DNA of 64,000 nucleotides from Dimorphilus gyrociliatus (lineage: Eukaryota > Animalia > Annelida): contig CAJFCJ010000003.1 in assembly GCA_904063045.1 (NCBI GenBank), forward strand, positions 372,001 to 436,000, written 5' to 3'. This document shows, one piece after another, positions 26,201 through 38,298 of the stretch (position 1 is the stretch's first letter; every line of letters begins with the position of its first letter). The notes below the pieces were generated by a model. It searched no databases. It saw only the letters and a list, made by a program, of their open reading frames with translations, and was not told where the DNA came from. The position numbers and the translations under genes are program-made.

Positions 26201-29200
26201 TACTTAAGATTCTTGAGGAAAGACGCTTTTGCACTATTACCAACTTTAAGAACTCTGTTAGTTTCTTTATATAAAAAAGAGTAATTGATTTGTAAAATTC
26301 TCTCTTTATCTTTTCCTTTAAAAAGAGATTTAGAATCGAATCTTATTTTAACGATTGAAAATGATACTTTTCCATCTGGATTGACAAGCTTGTAAGCTAT
26401 TTTTTCTTGATTTTTATTGGTATACTATGTATTATATAGTGAAAATTCCTACTTTCTTACAGAGGATTATCTAATAATCGATTCCGATTTCAACACAAGT
26501 ACCCCTTTACAAATTTGAGAGACTTACAAGCGTTAGATTTGAGTTCAAATCAAATTACAGTAATACCTGATGAAGCTTTTCATAATATGACTAGCTTAGT
26601 CACGCTGTAAGTAATAGAAATTAAAAGATGAATATATGCAGTATATATAAATATATATATATATATATATAAACTTGAATAATTTATTTAGGTCATTAGA
26701 CTCAAATAAAATTGCACGTCTTTTAAAAGTTCATATAAAAGATTTACCTCTTACCGATTCACTTCTTCTACAAAACAACGATTTGGCCTATATTGAAAAT
26801 GATACTCTATCACATCTTACAACAATGGGAGGTTTATTGTAAGTTACCTATTGTATATTTCAAAAAATTGATAATTATTATTTATTAATTATTTTGTTTA
26901 ATTAAAGATCATTTGCCAACAATAAACTTACGCAAATACCAATTCCTGACTTTCATGATTTATCTATCGGCGATAGTCTTCAGCTTCAAAATAATAGATT
27001 AACCAAGATACCAACTGATGCATTTAAATCTCTAACTACTGGTAGAAAGTTAGTATATTTTAATTAATAATAGATTATGTATTTATATACTGTTTTTCTT
27101 TTTATATCAACACAGCATCGATCTGAGCAGTAATAGAATATCTCGAATAGAAACGAATGCATTTCAAACAGTTACAGCTCAAACTTTAACAATAACCAAT
27201 AATCCATTGAGATATTTGGAAATTTCTTCATTCAACGGATTAACAATAGGGTAAAATAGATTTGAACAAATAGGCTATTTGTTTATTATTAATTTATTAT
27301 TTCTCTTAATAGAAACTTAAACCTAAATTCTATGTTGATTGAGAAAATTATTAATCATACATTTATCGATGTTAGAGCAACCAACACATTTGATTTAAGT
27401 GCAAATAAGATAAATGAAGTTGAAAGTAACGCATTCGTTAATTTCGTTTCTGATACTAATTTGTAAGTTTTGTTTATTTCATTGAATTGTTCATTCATTA
27501 TTATTTATTCATATATTCCATTTAATTTTCTAGTGATATGAGCTCTAATTTACTTAAAACTCTACCGCAATACATGTTTACTGGAACGTCTTCGGCAAGA
27601 GGAATCTTTAATTTAGAAAATCAAATATTAGACGTTTTACAACCAACGACATTCGATGGTATCGATTTAAGAGCTGAACTGAACTTGAATTCAAATAAAT
27701 TCCTTATCTTTCCTCAACCGGCTTTGAAGAATGAACGTCTTAGTGGATTGTGAGTACATCATTCACATAGCCATTAATAAAGTAATTTAACAAATCATTC
27801 TCAAATCAAAAATTAAGACTTATCGAGAATAATCTAATGACTGAACTTCCGGTTGGATCGTTCTCCGCCAACCATAATGGAATTCAAACTTTATCCTTAT
27901 CCAATAACAAAATATCTGTCCTAGCCGACGGGGCTTTAGACGCTCTTACAGGACTACAAACTTTGTAAGTAGGACAAAGTGTTAAAACTAATAATAGACT
28001 ATACTTTTTTCTTATGTTTATCTTCAATAGTTCAATGGCAAATAACGGTTTGCTCCGGGTTGGAAAGTCAGCATTCGACAGTCTTTCAAATTTACAGACA
28101 ATTAACCTACAAACGAATAAATTAGAAACATGGCATAAATTTAAACAAATGAACAATCTGGCTAATATTGACTTGTCTGCAAATAAAATAAAGTCTATTG
28201 CTGCCTTGGCGTTTCATGACTTACCTAATTTGAATTCATTGTAAGCATTTTTTTATAGCCATTCATTTAATTGATATTGAATGACAATAACTATTTACAA
28301 TTACTTACCGAACAATTCAGGATAATTATAATTTTTAATAAATGTTTTAGAAAATTAACTGGAAATCCTTTAGGGTGTGATTGTGCTCTATATCATTCTT
28401 TGCACAACGTATCATCAACAATAGTTGGTGGATTATGTGCAGAAAATGCTTACGCTGCGGGTGCTGTATTTTCCAACGATCCTACTGATACAAATCACTA
28501 TACATTATTCAATCCAGAAGTATTTCAATGCTGTAAGTTATTAATAGTATTATAATGTTTTGTTTAATCCTATTCGTATCCTAGCCGTTTATGGAATCAG
28601 TACTTCGGAACCTCAAACTGGTCATCTTAGGGTTTGGTGGTTGCCACCACCAAATATAACATTACCGACCACCGACAATTATACCTATATAATTACTTGT
28701 ATTGATCAAGATGCTACAGTAACATTAACCCAATCTGTTGACCTACCTCCTGAGAACACAACTGGAGAATTCACATTTACTTCTGGCGTTGTCAGAGCCA
28801 AAACCTATGGATGTTCAATTAAATTGGATAAATCAGGAAACATAAGCGCTTCCAGTGAAATTGATTATATAACAATATCTGCTGACCTAAGTAAAATGTT
28901 TAATATAATTTTAATTCAAGTAATTATTTTCAAGTGATTACATTCTTCTCTCTTCTTATCATATAGGTGGCGTTACCGGTGCAGGACCTGACGATTATAT
29001 TGTACCCATCAGTTACTATGATTTTTCTTTGGCTCATCCGGATTTTGCGGGAACAAGTCCTAAAGAGTTTAGTAAACCAACTCTGGTTCCCAGCCCATAT
29101 GGAGCATGGCCTAGAATAAGCGATACTCCCACAGCCGATATATTCTCCATCTATTTTAGGGAAACCTCCGATGATACAAATCGTAAACTTAATGGAAATC

Positions 29201-32200
29201 TTACATTAAAATATCAGAATACAACTGGAAAACATTTATTCTCAACCGATCTCTACTTTCCAGTTGACGCAACTGGATTTGATAATCAAGGACAGGTCGA
29301 CTGTGCTGGAGCATCCCATAATTTTGGTTTTACATCAGCCATTAGATCAGGCTTTACTTTCTTGGGAAATGGTACCTTAACTTTTGGAGGTGGAGATGAA
29401 CTATGGGTGTATATAAATAATGTAAGAGTATTAGAAGTAATTACTGATTCACTTGGAGCAGATATTCCCTGTAAATTCATCGATATAACAGCCGCGGCTG
29501 GAAATGGTAAAATTATACCGCAGACTGGAAAAATTTCAGGATCTGAATGCCAAAGCTTAACACCGACCCCATCGGAAGAATTTCAATTAAAGCTTGAGAT
29601 TGGTGAAACTTATCATATCGACATATTTCACATAGAAAGGAGGCCGTGTAAATCTCATTTATTAATAGAAACTGAAAGTATTCGTTGGGCAGTTAGACCA
29701 GGAGACCCATTACCAGTTGACTACATAGTTGAAATAAGTGAAGATTCGCATGTTGGTGCTATTGGCTTCGATTTTTCCCTAATTGATCCATTTTCAATTG
29801 GTCCTACTTACACGCTTGTTTTAACAAATGGAAACGAAGCTAGACACTTTTCATTTCAATCCGATACCCCTGCAGCTCGAACTGCTGGTATACCTCCTCC
29901 TCCAAGTGCCTACTCGTATACAAATCTACCTGGTTTGGGTATACCTTTTATTGAATGCCCAGTTGGGCCAACAACTATAGCAGATCCTAATGTAGCTGGA
30001 ACACAAACTTTTGTGATACTAACAAACAACTGTTTGTTAACTGTCGCTACAGCATTAGATTACGAAGTTTCTACCGGATATAGATTAATTACAACTGTTT
30101 CCGATCCTGGCCAACCAAATTTTCCAGGATTACTGGTTTTCACAATCAAGATAGTGGATGTTAATGACAACTGTCCAGTTCTTGAAGACGATACATTTTC
30201 ATTTGAACCTAGGCCAAGCTTGAGTCCGAATCCACTTCTAAGGCTTAATGCTACTGATAGGGACAATTCGAATAATAGCTTAATCACATACCTAACTTCA
30301 TATCCAACTTTAAGCCCACCCCTCTCAAGATATAATGATTCCCTCGATCTTTATAAATTTGTGTTTCCTGAAAAGACAACTGTAATGGTTTCTATAGCAG
30401 CATTGGACAATGGAAATCCAAGGAGAGGAGCCATCGCTACGGTTAACGTAACAGTTGTTAATAAGTGTTTGATTAGTATCCTCCGAAGGAATTTAGAATA
30501 CAAATTCGTTGTGAATGCAACTAGCGGAGAAGTTTACTTTAGAATACCGAAATATTACATAAGAGACTTTTGTAAGAATATACACATTAATCTTAATAAT
30601 CGTCTCATTCCTTATATTTAAATTTATATTATCTATAATTATCTCTAGCATGCAATAAAGTTGCTGGTATGGAAACCGGTTACGTTCTAGAAGAACAAAT
30701 TTCAGCATCAAGCCACGATCCATTAGGATATCCAGGAAGAGGGAGAATCAATACGACATACGGTATAGTATATTATTGACGAAAAGAATACTATTATCAA
30801 CAATATTATAATACGAATAATAGATGCAACTGGCTTCTTATACGGAGGTTGGGTTCCTCTTGTTTCCGATCTTAATCAATGGTTTCAAATCGATATGAAA
30901 CAGAGATACGTATTTAATAAACTACTTTTTCAAGTAACTACTACATTTGTTTAAAACTTACATACATAATATATACTTTATATTTTAAAGGGTCAGCAAG
31001 ATGATGATGCTTGGGTTCAAACCTACGAAATCTCTTACAGAGATAGCAGTACTGCATTCCAAACGTATTTTGACAAGGCTTCTACCAGCGTCTTTACAGC
31101 CAACACAGATAGAAATAGCATAGTTGAACATACATTAAATCCAAGATTTACGGCCCAATTTATTAGAATTATACCAAAAACTTGGACTAAGCACATCGCC
31201 CTTCGAATGGAAATAATTGGATGTCTAGAATCAGATCAAGAACAATACGATCTTTGGTGTGATAGATGCGACGCTGGCTATTATTGTCTTGGCGACGGGA
31301 ACAAAATACTCTGCGGTCAAGGAGGAAGACCTCTTGCTGAACATTCTTTCGGAGGATCTGATCAGTGTTCTGACTGTCCGAAAGGATGGGTAAGAAACAA
31401 TACAATTAGTACAAATTTATTCTATAAAATGCATAATCTGTTTCCTGATTAGATATGCAAAGAAGGTCTAGCAAAGCCTTGTCCAAAATATCATTTCATA
31501 AATTGCACTGGTTCAACTTGGTGCCCAGATAGTTGTGCTAAGTGTCCTTCCGGTTATGCTTGTAGGGGTGGTGTTAAATATCCGTGCAACGTTGGAACGA
31601 TATCTGATGGAACCCTTGGTAATATATTTCTATTAGTAGGGTAGTTGTTTTTAAAAATATTTCTACTCTAAACAGAGTATTGCGACATGTGCAAACCGGG
31701 AACATTTCAAAATGAAACTCTACAAACTACTTGTATAGATTGCCCAATAGGTTACACTTCGTCAAAACAAAAGGATAGATGTAGCCCTTGCCCACTATCG
31801 ACATACTCTGTTAAAGGTGAAATATGTAAATCTTGCCCACCTGGCGATTGTAAATGTGATGAATCTATAAAGCCTTGCGCAGAAGGAGTTACCTGTATTA
31901 ACCTTGAGGTTTAATAGATTGTTTAGATAGCGAAATTACTATTAAAGAATACTATTTTATTATATTCCAGTTGATTAGTTCTGGAATAACTCCAAATTTT
32001 AGATGTTTGGAATGTCCTAAAGGGTACACTGGAGATGGCGTAACTTGTACAGATATCGACGAGGTAATTAATAATTCTTATTTATAATTAATTAGTTCTA
32101 TAGTTTGTCTTATTTTTCAAATTTAAGTGTACTCTTTATAAACCTTGCTTTAATGAGACATGCATCAATACTATTCCTGGTTATCAATGTAAAAATTGCC

Positions 32201-35111
32201 CTTGGGGATACTCGGGTAGTTTTGAAGATAGTCACGCTCAAGCCTTCAAGCATAGAGTCTACGAATCATGTAATACAAAGTTCGCAGATATCCAACAACA
32301 ACAATGCGGCGATGTAAATGAATGTTTAACAAACAACGGTGGATGTGATCCAAATGCAAAGTGTATTAATACAATAGGAAGTTTCGAATGTGGATTTTGT
32401 AATCCTGGCTTCCTTGGACACGGGAAATACGGATGCTATTCAGACGACTATTGCGGAAGTGGAAAAAACGATTGTGACGTAAACGCTATCTGTATTTACA
32501 CTGGTCCAGCCCAGTATCGATGCGAGGTAATAATCGATCTATACAATATCTTTTAGGATTGAGTATTCTATTAGTAACGTACAAGAAAAATCATTATTTT
32601 CTTATTTCCAAGTGCAAGGATGGATATGCTGGAACTGGACAGATGTGCGCTGTTGATACTGATTTAGACGGTAGACCAAATAAAAGATTACCTTGCGATT
32701 TCGATTTCTGTTTTTATGTAAGTAAAATACTATTCTGTTAAATGTTGTTTACCTTTAATATCTCTACTTTTTGCAGGATAATTGCCCGACTATTCCAAAT
32801 AGTGGACAAGAGGATGCAGGTTACTATAACTTCCCATACTTTTCCTTTTTTTGCATCACTAACAAAGAAGGTATTTAAATTTAATAATAGATGGGGACTT
32901 TATTGGAAATTTTTGCGATTACGATGATGATAATGACGTCACTCCGGATGAAACTGATAATTGCCAATTTAAAGTTAACTTTGATAAAGCTGACAGTGAT
33001 GGTGATGGTGTTGGTGATGCTTGCGATAATTGTCCAAATGATGCTAATCCCGATCAATTAGATTCAGATTCCGATGGTATTGGTGATGCCTGTGATACTG
33101 ATGACGATAACGATGGAGTTCTCGACGGTGCTGACAATTGCGCTACAGTCGCAAATCCTGGCCAAGAGAACGCAGATGGAGATAATTTTGGCGACGCTTG
33201 CGATAATTGCGTAAACGTTGCAAATAATAATCAGGCCGACAGCGATCAAAATGGTTATGGTGACGCGTGTGACACTATCGGAAGTCCCAACCAAGATCCG
33301 GATGGTGATGGAGTTCTAATAGGTGATAATTGTGGGGAAATACCAAATCCCAGCCAATCAGACATAGATAACGACGGTCTAGGGGATGTTTGTGATAGTG
33401 ATGTGGACGGAGATGGTTTATCAAACGAAATTGATAATTGTCCATTTGTTAGTAATGCTGATCAATCAGATATAAATGGAAACACTATCGGAGATGCTTG
33501 CGAAACAGATACTGATGGAGACGGTATAGCAGATAACAAAGATTTATGTCCCGAAAATCCTAAAATTAATGTTCTTAGCATGCAAACCTATACCAGTGTT
33601 AATTTAGATCCAACAATTACTGACACTCCCGTTTGGAAATTGACCCATTCAGGAAGAGAAATAAGGCAAACAGCAACCAGCACAGCTCCATTTATGCTAG
33701 TTGGATCCCAGAAATACTACGATGTTGTTTATTCGGGTACCTTTTTCTCTCGAGATCAGGATTCAATAGGGTATATGGCGGCGGTGTTTGGATGGCAAAG
33801 TAATAGAAAATTCTATGCATTACTTTGGCTAAGAGACCACAAAAATTATGGAGGAACAGCCTACCAAGGTGGTTTAAGAGGTATTCAAGTAAAGAAAATA
33901 GACTCTTCCACGGGTCCAGGAACAGTACTTGGTAATGCAATTTGGCATAGCGCAGACACCGCAAACGAAGCAACATTACTATGGCACGATCCGAAAATGA
34001 TTGGGTGGGAACCGTTCAAGTCGTATAGATTTTACATAACTCACAGACCGTCTGTCGGTACAATAGCAGTAAAAGCATATAATAGCGAAGGAACAGAGAT
34101 AGTTAACTCTGGCGAATTATTCGATACCCAATATCAAGGTGGAAGATTAGGAGTTATATTATTCGATCAAAAGTCAGCGATCATATCTAATTTGAACACG
34201 AAATGCCTAGACAGATCGAATAAGGCAATGAAATTTGACGGAGTTGACGACTACATAATCCTAGAAAACGTTTACGAATTCGATATTGAGTTGAGTTTTA
34301 CATTCGAAGTCTGGATAAAACCATCAGGCGTATCGGGCAATCAACCAATATTAAGCTCAAGAGACGAGATGCTACTATTACAATTGAGTGACGATAAACT
34401 AAACATTACTTTTGGATCGTATAACGCACTTGGTAGCACATCATTGACAGCTAATGTTTGGAATCATATTGTTTTACGATACGATGGTCAAAGTAAGTAA
34501 AAATTAATAGAGATTATCAATGAATAAACAAAAGCTTTTTACAGATCATGTTTTGGCAATGTATCTCAATGGAATAGCCGGCGGTACTGAAGCTGAAATT
34601 ACCGATTTAAAACCATTGAGCTGGGTAATTATTATCCTATATTTAGTATTGAAAAAACATGCTAATTTTCTTATTATAATCATAATGGTAAAGTGATAAA
34701 TATAACACAATCGTTTTTTCAATAGGTTTACAGTAATTCTTCTGACCTTTTTATTGCAACCGACTTTGAAAATCAATATGCTGGTTTAATGGATCTAATT
34801 CGATTCTATAGCATTTTTGTACCAGATACAGAAATTGATGATCACTTACAGTTGGTCAAACCAGTTTTACAATTACATAAACAATATTTACAAGTTAATA
34901 TTGACTTTGACGATGATTCTACGGGTATTGTTAAAAGTATTGGAGTAAAAAACAACCAATTCGTAACCAATGGAGATCCAAAATACGTTCTGGTTAGTGT
35001 TATAATTAGTGTTATACATTATACACTTTATAATTTTCAATATAACTCTTTCTACAGAGCCAAAGTGGAAATGCAAAATTCGTTTTAACTTATCCGAATA
35101 ATAAACGTTAA
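23216..35111 (+). CDS. Mega-thrombospondin-like giant ECM protein: signal peptide - LRR array - FN3 - fibro-slime/PA14-like - cadherin - F5/8C - Cys-rich TNFR/ephrin-like repeats - EGF/EGF-Ca - TSP type-3 repeats - TSP C-terminal L-lectin - LamG/pentraxin-like
   Basis: ATG 23216 begins MVHLKIILVLFINLNQLYLINS. Many LRR exons follow (LxxLxLxxNxL) with an LRRCT GNPLGCDC, then HPDF...HNFGFT...GGGDELWVYIN, LDYE...DVNDNCP...DRD (cadherin), NQWFQID...RIIPKTWTKHIALRMEIIGC (F5/8C), DIDEC/DVNEC EGFs, DxDxDGxGDACD repeats, and GRLGVILFDQ (TSP-C) followed by FTFEVWIKP...WNHIVLRYDG. The last exon is 35058-35111 (SQSGNAKFVLTYPNNKR*). Confidence 0.88.
25091..25114 (+). repeat. (ACT)n trinucleotide repeat in a mega-TSP intron
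   Basis: About eight ACT units, directly visible. Confidence 0.85.
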
Positions 35112-36366
35112 TCCGTTGTTGTAAACAAGGAAAAGAAGTTAACACAATACAGAGTCTTCCAAAATAATTTATACAGTATTTTTTCTTCCTCTTCTTCTCC
35201 TTTTTCCTCTTCTTCTTCTTCTTTTCTTGAGATATATTACGAATAAAGAGGGAAAACTCTCTATATATATTATATTATATCTTGCGTTGTATAAACATAA
35301 TTTCAATAAACTGATAACAACAAAACATGTTTAAAGTTTTATTACTCTCTTCAAATTGAACCAAGAGTAAATATACTATATATATGCTATAGTATCATAA
35401 AAGATGAAAATTATTGATAGAAGTAACGCTCAATTGATCAATATTTCATTTAAAAATGAGGTTACGACATCAGAAACCAAACTATAGTTAATTAGGGTAC
35501 ATATTTAATTTTAATCACGTTCTTTTGCTTCTTTAGATTACTTTTCTATCAGAAAAGAAGAGAAATCTAAGAATATTAGTTTCTGTTCAATTTCTATTTT
35601 TCTTTTCTCCCCTAATGAAAAGAAATTATTATTCGTCATTTTCTCTTTTATTTCTCAAACAATGGCTTTTTATATTGATTATTCAAAATAAAGTTTACCA
35701 ATGACAAGCCCTTTCTTATTCCTTCTTTCTGTATGTCTGTCTGTCCTCTCTCTCTCTCTGTCTTTAATTGTTCTTTTTACTGACACTTATAAAGTTACAA
35801 TAATAAAAACTAGGCCAAAATTTGAAGTTTTTATTTACTTAAAGATAAATTAAAATAAATGATTTTTGCAAATATAAAGACAAGTGAAAGCATTTATTGT
35901 TATATTTATAGTAAAATATAAAAACAACATCTTATACGATAGAGTATACACCGTATAAATGGTTTATAATAGATTTAGAACAATACATATATATATACTG
36001 TATAAATTGTAAAGGTTTCATTATAGTTTTTATTTGAGACTGAAAAAACATCCCATCAACTAAAATGAAGCAGGAAGGAGAGATAAAGGCTAAATACCAA
36101 CTTATTGATGAATGTATACAATATATATTGTCCACTTATTTCTATGTGTATCTTGTAATTATAATATGTAATGAATTCGACATCAGAATCGTAAGATACA
36201 ATTTACAATTCGTCTTTTGAATTACTTTCACTTGAAATTACTACTAAATCACAAACATTCAAAACAACATCATTTATTCTTTAATTCATTGAAATAAATA
36301 ACTTAGATTTCATCTTAATTTTTGTGGTAGAAACTATAAATATTTCTTCTCTTCTTCTTCTTCTGC

Positions 36367-37456
36367 TCATTGATTGATTATCATTCCTAAAATAATGATA
36401 CTTACTCCAAAGAGTATCGAATTTATTCTTGGATATGATGCACTACCTATAAAAAATTATTAAACAAATAGGTAGAGATTGATGGTTATTGATTAAGTAT
36501 CGAGAACTTACTTGGTTGGCATTTTTGTTGAGTCTCTCCCGGACAAGTTACGCACACGAGACCACTTGAACAATACTTACCATTGCTATTGTTATTTTCG
36601 GTGCATGAGTTACCTTTCTCTAGTCCAACTTTAGCTGGATAAATAGATAAGATATTTAGACTATCAACGTATAACTACTAATTGAATCAATTAACGTTAT
36701 TTACCATCTTTATGTAAGCATACAGTTCTAGTTTCTCCGAAACTTTGAACAGATTTCCAAACATAATTTGTTGCACATTCGCATTTGCTCTTTATGCATG
36801 ACAAGTTAGATTCATTACTACAATCGCCACTCGAAGAACAACTTTCTCCTTTGGATTTTGCTTAAAAAAGGATATTTGATCATAAGTATTTGTATAATCT
36901 ACATTTTCGGAAAGTATATTTAACGTACCAAGAGGAATGCATTCCTCTTTCGGATAACTACTCGAAGTTTTCATTCCAGCGGGACAAGTACACTTTGAAC
37001 TAGAGCAAATTGAATTACCCACACAATGAAGATTTGGCGTGCAACTTTCTCCTATCAGTTTATAACTGTCAGGAAAACATCTCTTTTTTGAAGGTGATAG
37101 TTTATGGCCACTTTTACATTTACATTTTCCAGATGAACATTCCGAACCTATTGTGGAACAGATATCATTCGAAGAGCAACTTTCATCTATTTTCCTCTCT
37201 GTTAAGAATAGCAGTTTTCATTAAAAGTGATAAATTATGAAGCAATTTTCAAAAACAATTAAGCATTACCCCTTTTACATGATGAACTTGTTTTGCTGTA
37301 TCCTGATTTACAAGTACAGAACCCTTTAGAGCATGAGCTAGAAACTTTTCTGCACTGCTCCCCTGATGAGCAGTCTCCATCACCTCCACAACTTGTTAAA
37401 GAAAGTACCGTACCAAATGCAAAATATACGAAAAGGAAAACTATAAAGGTTCTCAT
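36367..37456 (-). CDS. Second secreted/GPI-anchored EB-like Cys-rich protein, 5 exons, paralog of the 9942-11934 gene
   Basis: Signal peptide MRTFIVFLFVYFAFGTVLS (ATG at 37456). The introns are phase 1. Exon 4 encodes GKYCSSGLVCVTCPGETQQKC, and the last exon encodes SASYPRINSILFGVSIIILGMIINQ* (GPI-type tail). Confidence 0.82.
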
Positions 37457-38298
37457 CTTGTCAGCTCTTGGAGACAAACTGCAAACTGCTAATTTAAAAT
37501 TTTGTTTGGTCGGTTGCTTAGAGCGTGATGTCAATAAACGATTATTCCTAGCAAAGAGAACATTTATAACAATCTAGAGAATACATCGATTAACCATATT
37601 ATGTCGCTCATTTGAATATTCAGTTGTAGGTACAAGAATTGCATATATGCATAGTCGATATTATAGAGGATGGGGAAATTTTTTCCAGACTGACGATATT
37701 CGATTTTGTTGCCTAACAATTTAATAGGGTGTTAAACTATTATGAAATAAAATTCGACCTATTTTCCATTGTTTTATAAAGAATAAAATCTGAGAATAAA
37801 AACAATAAAGCCTATTATTCATCTATTAGCGACAATATCAAAAGTAATAAATTAGTTAATTAGGTCTTGCTATAGAAATCCCGTTCTTTCCTGGTATAAT
37901 ATTGTAAAATAGATACTCTGTACAATGTCTATTAAATATCTTTATAGCTGTGATTTATTTGTTAGGTAAAAGGGTAACAGAATGGAATATTGAGAAAAGA
38001 GATGATTAAGTAACTATGTACTTAGTGCAGCAAGGTATAATGATTTGGAAAAGACGATCAATTCAAGTTTACCTAATAAAAGGGCTGAAATAATTCTTAT
38101 CAATGGTGTTGAAATCTTTTAATCATTGTTTTTTTTTTAAAAAAAACAAAAGTCTTTTTAGTGTATTTTTCATTTTTGTATTGATTTTCAAAATACACAA
38201 AATAACAATTAGAAAAAAGAGAGCTTTCTTTCAATATTCTTATTCATACAGTATATACTGTATTTGTTAGAGATGCCAAGTGGGAGAGTATAAATCAT

